Shown piece after piece: positions 25,101-37,031 of a stretch of DNA of 45,071 bases. Position numbers and translations under genes: made by a program. The stretch comes from Raillietiella orientalis. Lineage: Eukaryota. Position 1 is the first letter of the stretch; each line of letters starts with the position of its first letter. The stretch is taken from NCBI GenBank assembly GCA_036172245.1, contig JAYWIR010000079.1, forward strand, positions 310,001 to 355,071, read 5' to 3'. The notes below the pieces were generated by a model, which saw only the letters and a program-made list of their open reading frames with translations, had not been told where the DNA came from and made no database searches.

Positions 25101-27466
25101 GACAGAGGAGGCATGCCGGCCGGAGACGTGCCTGGAGGGGGGTGAGGGTCCTTTTTGAAACCGCGATTCCGAGTCTGCGCGGAGGCGAAGGTGCAGAGAG
25201 AGAGCGAGGAAAAAAACGGAATTTTTCGAGAGCTGGTGGCGCACAGACCGCGCGTCTCTCTTGGCGGACTGCTTACTTGGCCCTGCAGCCTCGAGGCGAC
25301 CCGCGATGAAGCCCTTCCCACTTCTTACCCGAGCCCTCTGGTCAGCATTCAAACCCCCGGGCTCGCGGAGTTTTCCCATTTCCGATGCTCGCCTGCAGGA
25401 ATCTTGGAAACACAAACCTCGCGCGTCCCTCGTGAGAAGAACTTGCTCCCGGGAAACTCGTCGTGCCTTCCCGACGAAGCGCTCGTTGCCCTACGACCGC
25501 CCCGCTTCCACGACCGAGATGGGCGAGCGTGGCATCCAAAGGCTAACGGGTGCAGCATCCATTGTGCTCCACGTGGAACAGATCGACCGAGACGGATGCG
25601 CTTGGGTGGCCGCCGCGTCGGGTCCTCCCGTTTGCTTCTGCCTTCCCAAGATGCGAGAATGCATAAATTCGAGGTTCACCGAAGCTGTAGATCGGAAAGG
25701 CGAGACGTTACTCAGGGAGGAAGGCGAGGATCGCTGTGCCCGCCAGCAAGAGGCTCGAGCCGTCTCTCGCTCGCCGTTCTCCGTACCTCTTTCAGAACCT
25801 CCGTCGCCCAGTCGACGTGCGGACCGCTCCGAGATCGTCCGGAGGCGTGGCAGCGTTTGCCGTCCGCATGATTGCAACCCATCTCTGGAGGGAGACGGCC
25901 CGGAGCACAGGGCAATAGTGCCGCAATAGGAAGTGCAGCGAAGATGGAGCGATGCAGATGCTCTGGAAACGACGGAGAGGCTGCTGGAGCAGGGAGGCTG
26001 CTCTCCGGAAAGGAGAAAGAAGAAGAGGAGGTGGACAAAGGAGTGGGACTGGGGAGCGGGAAAGAAGGAAAGAGAAAAACAAAGAGGTTCGATCTGTCCA
26101 GTCCGCCTGCGGAGAGGCAGCCTCCATCGCTGCATTCGGGAGGGATGCAAGTGCACGACGCACCTTGGCGGAGTCTTGATTTTTCCGGGAAAGAAGCGCT
26201 CGTGCACGTCTACAGAGGACGAGTGCGGCGCTCTCGAACCGCGCAAGCGGGAATCCAGAAGAGAAGGAGGAGGAGGCGGTCACCGAAAGCAAGGAGGGCG
26301 CGTCAGCCCGGGCTTTCCCACCAGTTGGTGGTGCACGGCTAGTTCGAGATCTTCTCGGAGCAATAGAATCCGTAGGGAAGAAGCCAGCAGCCAGAAGAGT
26401 TGCGCCAAACCACGGGAGCGGCTCGCCGCCGTTCTTGTAAGAAGGCTGCGCGCTCTAGCGCGCTCGGACAGCAGCCGATGCTGTTGAGCTGGTCTGTATC
26501 CCCTTTGGAACCTGTTCTCGCCCTCGTCCGCGCACCTTGAGAAGGGAGCGGATGAAGCGCGGGCATACAGAGCAGCATTCCGCCGCGTGCTGCGGAAGGA
26601 CCCACACCGCTTCGGGACGCGCGAAGCGAAAACAACCTGAACTGTCCCGGAAAACCTGGCTCGAGCCCTCCGTCTTCGGATCGTGAGCGCTCGGACGCAC
26701 GTCCGCTCTTTGCGGCACGAGCAGCGGGCGCTGGAGTACGCGCGGTCGAGCGTAAGGGTGGGCGGACCATGGTTGCTCCTTGCTGCGGACTCGTCCCTGC
26801 TGTAAGAATCACCGGCAATGAAGAGTCCAAGGAGAGCGGATGCTGTCCCAAACTCTGTAATCGTTTGGAAGGCGGAAACAGCGAGAAGCTGGAGAATCGT
26901 GAGACGTCCGCGGAGTCGAATCGGCAAGAACACTTCCACTTTTCGGATGGTTCTCCCGGTGCTGCAGTGCCGCTGTTCTCCACATGGGGGAGCTCCCGAA
27001 GCTCTTTGTCTCCTTCCGCGCCATCCGTGGGCGCGTCCAACTCTTCAATTTATGGGAGATAGCCACATCCTTACGCAACCATCGGGTGGAAGGCTCCGGA
27101 GGAAGAAGGCATCCATTCCAGACTTACTCTTGGATGTGCACCCACGAAAAAACCCTTGTCCTGGATGTCGTCGAAGGAACTGTCTTCCTCGGTAATGGTA
27201 TCCGGAGGCGTCCTTTGATCATGTGGCCGCTCTTCGTTTCATCTCCGGAGGGAACCAGGAAAGAATAGGCCCCTGGATGTGTTCTTCGTTAGGAATTGAG
27301 CGGTGAGCCTGTCTGGTTACTTCCCTGAAGAACGTTTCCGAAGGGACGATCTCCGATTTTTGTGAAGGAGGCTCCGCGAAAGGAACAGCGCCCTGCTCAA
27401 CACCCTGAAGAGAAAACCTCTTTGAAGGTGTAACGACCTGCTTCATGGCACGCGATGGGGCGTCCC
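20035..27466 (+). repeat. Left arm of a long inverted duplication (7432 bp)
   Basis: Reverse-complement match to 37032-44464. Mirrored coordinates sum to 64499 outside and 64498 inside a 1-nt poly-A indel (A10 at 24001-24010 vs T11 at 40488-40498). Dozens of ORFs are mirrored identically, and both boundaries were read directly from the sequence. Confidence 0.97.
22228..22234 (-). promoter_or_regulatory. Possible TATA-like element of the CUB gene (mirrored at 42265-42271)
   Basis: An isolated (TA)n heptamer in GC-rich context about 100 bp upstream of the predicted ATG at 22126. Only its position supports it. Confidence 0.25.
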
Positions 27467-30400
27467 TAAAGTCTCGACGGGCCCACTTCAACTGGTGGTC
27501 CTTCGATTTAGCTGCACGCAGGCGTCGGGTCTTGGCCAGCATCTAATCGAGTTCCCTTTGTATTCCTGCTGCTGAGTAGTCTCCGGGGATGCATGGTGTT
27601 GGTGAAGGGGTCGCGCCATCTACTGCTGAGCTCCCTGCGGCAACGTGATTCCGTGTTCGTTCCATCTGCGCATCGGAAGCTGCGAAGGCTGCAACGAGTT
27701 CCGCGTTTACGGGGAACAGCTTGAGGCTCCCAACCTGCAAGTGAATCCTGCTCGCACGTCATCCGGGAGCGCGGAATGCGTGCGCGGTGCGTGACAAACG
27801 AGGCAACCCACTCCGATTGGAAGTCTCGAATGACCCCGCCTAGGCTACGGGAAGAAGTCGCGGCGAATAAGGAAGAAGAAGCAGCTGATGATGCAGATAT
27901 GGAATGCGGGCCATCTACAAGACACCTAAGTTGCTACCCCGAAGGAAAGGCGGAGAGCTCAAGTGCCAGGAACCGGCTCGCGGTCCATTTCTCCATAACT
28001 GCATCCGATCTCCTCTGAGCGCGCGTTCCCTCCAAGAAGTCATGTTCGATGCAAATCGATTCTCCTTGCCTATCGGACCAAACCCGATGCCCTCCATACC
28101 GACAAGCAGCGGGCCGACACTGCGCCCGCCATAAGCATCTCTCGGTCGCTATGCGAACGGTCGAGCAGTCCGGCGCGAGGCGGAGGTAGCGGCCGCAGGA
28201 GATGCACTCCATCCTCCACGGTGCCACTGCCGCCATACTAACAAAATGTACGCCGCTTCCGACGTCGCCTGATGCTCGCATCGCTGCTTCTTGTAGCAGT
28301 TTCCCCGCCTCCGGTGCCATGCGGAACCATCAACGACGCTTTGCTTTCCTCCAAACTGGCGCTCAACAGCGATGTTCCGGCAGCACGGCAGCACAAGACG
28401 CCCTTGGTTTCGGAAACGCAGACGACGGCATGTACCTCACGGGGCGGTGGTGATGCTATTTCCAGCACCCCCCGGATGATCCGTGGTTTCGTGTAACCGC
28501 ATGTGGATTTTGCCGCAGCGATCGCTCGTTGTCTGGCACGCGCACCCGCTCGCTCGTGCAACCCTTCGTTTCGGAACGCTAACCAGGGAACGATTTGAGA
28601 CTGCTGAGGGTAACCGAGCGCCGTCAGATTCGACCCTTACGAGTCCTCGTCAGCAGCAGCAGGCTCCGATCTCACGTGCGGAAGGACATCTCACTTGCGT
28701 GGGAGAAGGAGCGCATTGCACGGTTGCGAGAGGGCGCGAGGACGAGCGCATTAAATGGAGGTGCTGGTTATCTTGCGAAGGTTGCAGGTGTCACCACGCG
28801 AGACCACGGTCCCCGGAAGAAGGCATCTCCATCATCTGCTCGAGCTGCTGCCGTCGTGAATGCTCGCAGCCGGCTTCGCTGATGCGAAGGAGCGAACAGA
28901 AGCACCAAGAGCGTGTGATGAAACCGTAACGGTCAGGTTTTTTACGGCCAACGCCGTCCACGTGCTTGGAGCGTGCAATTATTCCGTCTCCGCGGAGTTC
29001 GTTCCCCGTCCCTGCCGAAATTTCGGCTATACGTCGTTGTTTTGGGTGCGTTTCGCTGCGACGCGCGCCCAGAAGATGCCTTCGGATCCCTAACAACGGT
29101 CAGTACGACAAACAGACGGAGAGTACACGCTATCGCCCGAGACAAAGGGAACGAAGAAAATGCGGACGGTTTCGACTGGAGATGGTCCGCTTCGTGAAAT
29201 TGGACAACCGCGAACCTTCGGCTGCCACCCCCACCAGTCAGCAGCCATGTAGCCCCCATCCTGCGTCGTGGAATCTGTGCGTGGGACTGTGAGGAGGAAC
29301 GAGAGTGTGCGAGTTGGAGAAACGTGACAGCTGCATCCCCATCCATCCTATTTCGTTTCCTGCTTTTCTCAACGTCCTTGCCACGGCAAGTGCCGCGGAA
29401 GCCCCGTCGCGCGCCGAGGGGACGTCCTGCGTTTCGCACTGCCCCATGCATCGGTGACACTCACATTGGGAAGCGCGAGCAAACTTCTCTCTGGAAGTAT
29501 CCAAGGATGATTGAGAGACTGCTTAAGAGGGGACAACAAAGAAGCGCTCAACGCCGGGATGAGTCTCCTCCTCCCTGGTCGCCTTGCATTTCGAGTCGAA
29601 AGAAGCGCACGGCTCCATTCGTTGCCTGCGAGGAAACTTACCGCTGCGAAAGAATGCGGATAGGTGGGCTGCTGCGACCGTTGCAATGGAGCACGGAAGG
29701 AATTCGTTCTTGGGCGGACTTGGGACTCGTCACTCAAGGAGGCGCGGGTCCGTGCGCGTGAGTAACTGCGAATCGCCGTCAGCAGTGCATGTGACGAGTC
29801 ACCACCTATCTGTTCTCGTGTAGGCGAAATTTGTGAAACAGGGCGATCACATGGGCTCCTGAGACCCGGTTCTAGCGGCATTCGGAACCGGGAGAGTCGC
29901 TCCTGCGAGACCCGCGTGCTGAGCACCGCCTCGACCTCGAATGCTGAAGACCTGCTCCTGCGGAGTTCGTCAAAGTTCCGTGCGGCAAGCAGATCGGGGA
30001 AGGAAGTGGGGTGCGACTCTTGCTCATCCCGTTCCCAGGAGGAAGGTTTGAACGAGCGCGACCTACCGGGACTTGCTTTCTTTGCAAGAGTGCTGTGAAA
30101 GCATCGTGAAAGCATCTTTCGGTTTTCAACTCATCGCAATCCGTGAAAGTGCCTGGTGAGGAATGTGTCGTGGCGAATCCCCGATTCTGACAGCTCGCAG
30201 CGGGGATCGATCACAGCGAAGTGCACCCGCAAAACTCACAAGCGCTATTGAGCCATGTTGAGCGTTGCAAACAGCAGCTGCCGCTGCGACCACGATCTCG
30301 TAAGATGCAAAGTGGGATGGATGAACGATTGAGCCTATGATGGATGGTAGTGACTCAAGCCATCCGCATGAGTGAAGGGAGGTGCCGCGTCAACTGCCTG

Positions 30401-31318
30401 ACATGCAGGGAGAGCCAACAACATGCATCCTTGCGGCAGAATTTCTTTTTTGTTTCCTCATTCGAAAACCCACGTTTCCTCAGCTACTCTGCGTTCGGTC
30501 TTCCTCTTTGGCGAATTCGGAAACTCACCACTGGCAGCAAATTTATTCTGCTGGAGCAATCCTTTCTAAAAAGAGTGAAATGAGTGCAATCGCCTCTGCG
30601 AACTATGGTTCATGGCTCGGGACAGCATCTTCAGCAAAGATTGTCACTTTGACGCGTATACTTCAGTTTTGAAGCAACTGAAGATTTGATCTTCGTGCAT
30701 CCCACTCTCTTTGCTCCGATCGATCATCGTGGTTCACTTGGGACCTGTTAGGGGTGACGCCCACACATCGTAACTAGGAAGCGTTTCCTTCGGCACCATC
30801 CTGTTGAGTTCATCCCTTGAGCGCGCATTCACGAAGGCAATGGGCCGTTTTGGGGGAACCGGAAGCGCGTCACAGACCTGACGAGCTCCCAGCCGCCTTC
30901 AGTAGGAAAGGGCTGCCAAATGGAAGCCAGCCCTTCGTCCGCTGGATGTGGATCGGCCGTTAAGGAGGGAGGGCGTTTCCACAAAGCCTTTTTTGTTTTT
31001 TATTTCGTGCCTGTTCATTGTCTGGTTGGACATAGTCCGTGAGAAGCTGTGGTTACGGGTAATGCAGCCTCGTCCGTTCAATCGAGTTTCAAAGAGTGGG
31101 GACAACCTCCACTTATGACCATCTTCGTATTGTTTTCCCGGGATCAAAGAGAGACCCTGAAGTAGGAAAGCGATACTGGAATTGGAAAATTGGCAGATTT
31201 TTGAAGGCTATTAAGGACTCGAGTGGAATGCGCATAGCACTGGAGGCACCTTAGGCGAAGATCATGTTCAGCATGTAGGAAACGCGAATGGACGGGAGTC
31301 GGGTTCTCTGTTGACAGA

Positions 31319-31585
31319 AGGCAAAATACATGGAGACATCGAATCGAGCGGACAAGAAAGAGATTCTTCGTGCTGACCGAGGCGCGAGCCAAATCCAAAT
31401 TCCTCTGCACGAATCGCGATAAGAGGGGGGCGTTGATTCGTGTGGTGGAGTGCTTCCACGTAATCAGACTTGCTGACACGCATAGGCTGGTCATCAGGAA
31501 GTCCACCCGGCGAAATCGGCTCTGTGAACCACTGAACGTTGACGAGTATACACAGTTCTGCAATGCATTGATGTGTCGGTGCCAA
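31319..31585 (+). pseudogene. PH-domain-like coding fragment (IRS/Chico-like pattern), degenerate
   Basis: RQNTWRHRIERTRKRFFVLTE...IRVVECFHVIRLADTHRLVIRKSTRRN...NVDEYTQFCNAL follows the PH pattern K/R-x-R-FFVL ... CF-x-I ... DT ... VI ... C-terminal helix. It has F in place of the conserved W. A candidate acceptor ttgacag ends at 31317. Confidence 0.45.
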
Positions 31586-34500
31586 AGGTCCTGGATCAAC
31601 AACGTGAAAACATTTTCGCTGCTGAAAAGAAAGAAAATATATTTCTCTTGGAGAAGGCTGGGATTTTTCGTTTTTCACAAGCATGAACGAAATGCGAGGA
31701 CGGTTGCTGCAACTTAGTGTGGTCGTTTTCCGATAGGCGGGTGGAGGCTGCTCCGGAAGACAAAAAATTACCAACGTCGTCATCCATTTACGAGTGCGTG
31801 ACCTAGTAGTTTGCCCCATCGGCGGTGAGGTTACCGCGTATGCATGCTGTCCCACAGCGGCAACGAATTGCGACCATCGCAAACGCCTAACATGGAGGAA
31901 TGGGATCACAAAACCAGGGTGTGGGGGTGATCAGGAGCGCTGATGATCTGCGTTACTCCCCGCATGACGAGAAGGTCTACTCCTGGGAAGAAACTCGGCA
32001 CACTTTCATGAGAGCACGGTTCGAGAGCTTTCACGTCGAAATTGAACCGATAAGTATCGAGGAGGATCTCCGTGGACAGCACCAGGGAACACAAGGGAGA
32101 AAAGGGAGAGAAACAGAAGGGAATGCAAAAGGATTGAGCTTAGAATTTGAACCACGAAAGGTGCGTTGAGAGATCGTTTGCCAAAGGAAGAAGAAGGGGA
32201 ACACCCCGTGATGTCTGTGTGCATTGGCATCTTCCAGTTGCTTGAACAGCTGATGGACTGAGAATTCCAAGCATCGTTTCGAACGAAGGTTTACCCGCTA
32301 TTTCTTTATTATCAGGATCGGCACAACAAGAAAATTGAGTGTTCATGGTTGTTCATCGCGAAGGTGGAAGATTGCAAATGTGATCCGGACCGCACAAAGT
32401 GCTGAAAGAAGCGAATTTGAAAGCAGCAGAAAAAGGAAAAGCAGTTGCCGCTAAAAGTAACCAAAAGGAAAAGAAGAGCAAGAGGAAGTACAGAAACACA
32501 TGCGAAATGTGTGAGCACGACGTTTTCACAGCTTCTGATGCTGCACGCGTATACGACAAGCGAAATACCTACCGATGCGTACGCCGAAATCGAAAGCTCC
32601 CCTCGAATGCACGGGAATCCCTGCAAGGGGGGTCGTTGAAGCAGCTTTCCTGGCGATTCGGTTACAGCACTGAGAACACCTCGAATGCCGTTCACAAATG
32701 AGCACCCATCGAGTCTTTCAGTTGTTATGTCGCTCCTTAACGCCGCCCTCCATTTACTGCCTCGGACGTCCTTCTCGAGAATGCTTTGAAGTGCACGTCT
32801 CCCATGGCAAGTGGAGTGCAGTGGAAGTTGGTTACGTCGAAGGTGAAGTTGCCTTGAGGGAAAGCAGTGCCGTAGCTGGGATGGTGCAGTTCGTATCTCT
32901 ACATATGAGAAAGGATTTGGGATTCACGAATGACAAGACGAGCGCGCCGATTGCAGACGTTACAGCTGTTGGACATCTGAGGCTCGTCGCAGTGCCTGAG
33001 AGATGGTAGCTGGGAAAAAGAGCGGACAGGCGTGTTGTTTCACGCAACAGGCCTGCTTTCCTGGATTTTGAGAAAGGGGCGCACCAAGCTTTAAGGTTGC
33101 AGCGGGAAGCCTTCCGCTCACCACGACCCCGTGCCCGGACTCCCCTCATGCACAGCCGACTCGTCGTTCTGCGAAACATCTGAGTCTGTTTGCCAACCCT
33201 CTCTCATATCTGAGTGCTCCCCCATTGTTCGGCGGTGCAGCTCAGCTCCCTTTTCCATGCTTACCCCGTCGTTTTCTCGTCTCTGGGAAAAAGAAACAGC
33301 GGCAATGAACATACATGCGAAAGCTTTCCGTGCACATCGTACCCGCGATTCTGCTTCTAAGGTTCCTCGTCGTCTACACCGCAGACGTACGCGCAGGTGC
33401 TCGTTCGAAGGAAATCCGAGGAAACGGAGTACGGCAGTCGGCGCTCCCAGCATTGCTCCAACGGGATACTTCGAAGTCGGCATCCGTGGTAGGTTCTCAG
33501 AGCTCGGATACCCCAGTGTATGGATTTCGTCTGCACGAAGGCGCCAGTCCCGACAAGGACACCATCCGGAGGTGCTCCAATTTGCTCCAGTTTCGCGCTG
33601 CGATCTCGCCCTCGGAACCCGCTGGAGCCTTGGGTGGAGGAGCCAACGTTTCTTCAGAGGAACGCGCGTTCGCTGCAGTTCCGGCTGTCTGTGAACCCGC
33701 TCAGTGGGACGACTGCACCCTTCCGAAAAGGAAGGTGGGAAGACTGCGTTCCTGCTCACGGCATGCAGGGACGCATTCTCTTGGGAGGTTCCCTTTTCAA
33801 ACGTGTGGATGCTCCGGAAGCGACGCACCGGCTGCTGACGGCAGCCACTCCCGCTCTTTCCGACGCAGTAGCCGCACTCCGGGTTGGGAGCTGCGAACCT
33901 GACGACAAAGCGCGCGGAATTGGTCCCGGGAGTGGGAGATGCAAGCTGCCGCATCCAGTCGCCATGATCCAGGGAGAGAAAATCGCGTTGCGGCGATGCT
34001 CGCTGGGATTTGGGCAGTCCATCAGGCAGCGACGCTATCTGGGAGAAACGACGCCACGAAGAGCATTCGCACTTTGCGGATCTCCGTTGGGCCTGTTCGT
34101 CGGCGCAAGCGCGAGGATGCATCTCCTGGAGACTTTTTCCTGAGCGATCGAAAGCACTTGAACAGGAGGATGGGAGTCGATGGAAAGAGAGCAGGTGGAC
34201 AGGATCTACCTGGAGAAGACGCAGGCACCGGGCAACACGGGAGCTCTTCCCTTCCATCTCGTGATGCCAGCTTCACCATCGGAAATCTCGCCGCCGTTCC
34301 GGAGGACTCCAGCTCGGGGACACAGGAAGTGCAGACGGGAAACGAGGATCCGTGCATGCACTCGGAATGAACGGTCTCCTCGCCTCGCCAGCAGGGAGAG
34401 GACTTTGGGCAGCACCCCGATTTTCCAGGCTCGCAGACAGCTAGCTGATCCAGGGATCTAAGTGCTGCTCGAAGGAAAATCCCCAACGAGTGGAACCCTG

Positions 34501-34660
34501 GAAAGTCCCGTGGCATTGAGCTGGAACATGCCGAAGAAGCCTACTGCCCCCATCGACGTGCACCTTCGAACCTTTTGAAGGCGAAAGCAGTTTCCAAGAC
34601 GGTGAGTGCCATGCATCCCGGCATACCGGCCAAAGTAGCCTCCCAGCGCCTAGGACTCGT

Positions 34661-34972
34661 GTGGAATCAGCTGTCGAAGAATGGACTTCGGAGGACTACC
34701 TCTCGATGCAAGTAGCAGCGGACACGGCGAGATCGGAGCACACCTGGCGACGTTTAGGCACCACCCAGGGACTGCATTTTGACGAGATTCGTGGATACGG
34801 GAAAGCGGCTGAGATCTCAACTGGGAGACGACTGCTTCAAAAACGGGCTTGGAACGACACGCTTGCAACGAGAACGAAACAAGAAATGAAGAAGGACGCC
34901 TGCGAGGCTTTTCCGAGCTGGAATCCAAGAGAAGAAAGAAGCTTCCATTTCGTCGCGCGAGTGGATTCGTAA
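34661..34972 (+). pseudogene. Death-domain-like ORF fragment
   Basis: EDYLSMQVAA...WRRLGTTQGLHFDEIRGY...TGRRLLQKRAWNDTLAT resembles the death-fold pattern WrrLa..LGl..deI...lL..W...AT. This is a by-eye match only, and no gene model was built. Confidence 0.3.
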
Positions 34973-35359
34973 AGTTCACCGATTGAGGACGTGTTTGCGG
35001 CAGCAAGCCGGAGAGGCGACGGAAGGGGCGGGGAAGAAGATTCTGCGATGCGGCGGCCTCGGGAAGAAGGCAATAGAGGTCATGAGAGCCCCAGGTCAAT
35101 TCCGTCGAGGGCACACCACACTCCCCGCAGAGTTCCAAAAGAAACTCGTAAGCTACCACAGCGGTTTCTCCAAGGGAGGACGGTCGCTCCGTCGGGGAGT
35201 TGAGTACATGCGAAACGGCGCGCAGGCAGGTACATCTTCGGTGAGCGGAGAGAGGATACCGGGTTCCATCGGAAGTTCATCCTTCTTGGAGGATCGAACT
35301 TGCCCGGAAAAGAACTCTCATTTTGGACGACGTTCCTGTTACGATGAACAACTCCCGCG

Positions 35360-35467
35360 TCGGAGACCGTGTGGTTACGGTGGTCTACGCGCGTGGCACC
35401 ATGCGTCGTGGGTTCGAATGCTCCGAATGAATCGACTCAGTGCGTCGTGGGTTGCGAATTCGTCCCA
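35360..35467 (+). mobile_element. Possible tRNA-derived SINE remnant
   Basis: There is an A-box-like tggttacggtgg (35372-35383) and a B-box-like gggttcgaatgc (35410-35421). tcggag at 35360-35365 pairs with ctccga at 35421-35426, and the B-box unit is repeated at 35441-35467. It does not form a proper cloverleaf. Confidence 0.25.
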
Positions 35468-35796
35468 CAAGATGACGCTGGTTGGCCTACATTCATTCGG
35501 GTAAGGCACTGGTAGCGGTTAAAACCGGATGCCCCACGATGAGGGCCGCAACAAGTGGGAGTCGACTTCCGGTCTTTCCAGGAGTCACGCAGTGGGAGCC
35601 CCCCTCCGGTTGTGAAGGAGCGGATCCTTCATTCTGGGGGAGACCCCTCCTCGTCGTAGTAATGGAGTAGGTGTGTCATCAACGCCTCTCCAGAAAGTGC
35701 AGAAACGCGAGCCGATCCCTTCGGGGAAGTAGCGTCCTTCTGAATTTCGGAATCGTCCCTTCTGGGTTCCCTTCAGAGAAGAAAAACTGGAGCAGG

Positions 35797-36000
35797 CCCC
35801 TCCAGGGATCTCTTTGGAGAGAATAAGGAAAGAGATCCCCTTTTGGATTCCCCTTCGGAGACAACCAGGGTGAAGGTGATCCCTATTCCTCAAGCATGAG
35901 AGGAACGGACTGAGAGAACTTCCTGGATTCCCTCCCGGGTACCCTCTATCTGGAAGACTACCCACCCTCGAGTGGCGTGGAACCGTTTTGAAGAACTGCG
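35797..36000 (+). repeat. Diverged dispersed repeat, copy 2 (see 1802-2037)
   Basis: Collinear exact blocks of 22, 15, 13 and 12 nt are shared with the reverse complement of 1802-2037, separated by substitutions and indels. Confidence 0.85.
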
Positions 36001-37031
36001 AAGAAAGAAAAGGGTATCCATCATCGGGAGGGTGCAACCGGTAGTTGCTCCCTCGGCGAGCGGTTTGTCCCTTTCGAATATGCATCATGGGAACATTTCT
36101 CTCCGGCTGCGGAACGAGAAACCAATCGGGCATGCCCTTCCCTGGAAACGGTCGGCAGCGCACCTGCAGAATGCGGAATTTTCTGATGGGCGTGAGTGGT
36201 TTGTTGCGCAAACGATGCATGCTCACCTCGGTTCGTTGCTACGTAGCTCTGATCCGCTCGCTGATGACGCATTAATTTCGCGATCTTGCTCGGACGAAGT
36301 GGGAATCAGGTGGCGCATCCGTTGTCTCTCCGTCGGCATGCACAGGCTGCTTCAACGGGAAGGGTGCTCTTCTTCGCTGACTCCACCTTCCAGAGCGCCG
36401 TCCCCCGGAGCCTTGACCTGCTTCGTCCATACAAGCAAGTTCGGTGACAGGAAGCTCGTGAGCGACACCTGCGCAATCGGGACCACTGGTCAGGGATTCA
36501 GGTGCGCCGACAGACCGCGTTCCCAACAGATTAGCAAAGTCTTGTGCTTCGCGTTTTCCCGTTACCTGCGAACTCATGTATTTCGGGGAGTCAGACGGCG
36601 ACCCTCTCCTAGAGACTCGAAGGACAACTGCAGCTGCTTTCCCGGCAAGCGAGACCGATGGATTTGTTAAGCGCTGCAGTCTCCCGTATCTTTTGTGCAT
36701 GCTGCCAGGATGTGTCCTCCCAAGGAAAAGACCGGGTCACCGGCCGTGCGTCTGTGATCTCCGCGCGAAATACCAAGCGAGTCGGGTTGAAATACCTGCG
36801 ATGGATCCATGCCGAGAGTGGTGGATGCGTCGTGGGTTTCAAGTGCCTTCTCAGCGGAGAGCGATGCTGGTTGGGCTGTAGGACTCGGATGCGACACCGA
36901 ACTAAGCCGGAAATCCCTCGTCAACAGACTGATTGGAAGTGAACTCTGGGGTCCTCTCAGAAATCCAGGAGCCGGTCATCTCAAGCGTTCGCCCTCGGTC
37001 GCGAAATACAGCAGTGGCCATCCTCGGGTAG

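Noticed and set aside
25860..25945. GPCR TM3-like LRAVSLQRWVAIMR (minus strand)
   Set aside because: It is a single short motif without a true DRY sequence or neighbouring transmembrane exons.
30095..30116. Tiny tandem repeats (gtgaaagcatc x2; also ccttatcc x2 near 19962)
   Set aside because: These are ordinary two-copy slippage repeats.
32399..32701. Zinc-finger-like TCEMCEHDVF; also PHD-like WALCENCMHRIH near 13270-13305 (minus strand)
   Set aside because: The remaining metal ligands are missing and the frames are short or interrupted.
33118..34257. Longest ORF in the track (379 aa), plus other long ORFs such as 23511-24596, 20792-21595, 25155-25871 and 1433-2188
   Set aside because: They are Arg/Ser/Pro/Gly-rich translations with no recognisable motif and overlap in several frames, as expected by chance in GC-rich DNA. 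20792-21595 is antisense to real CUB exons.
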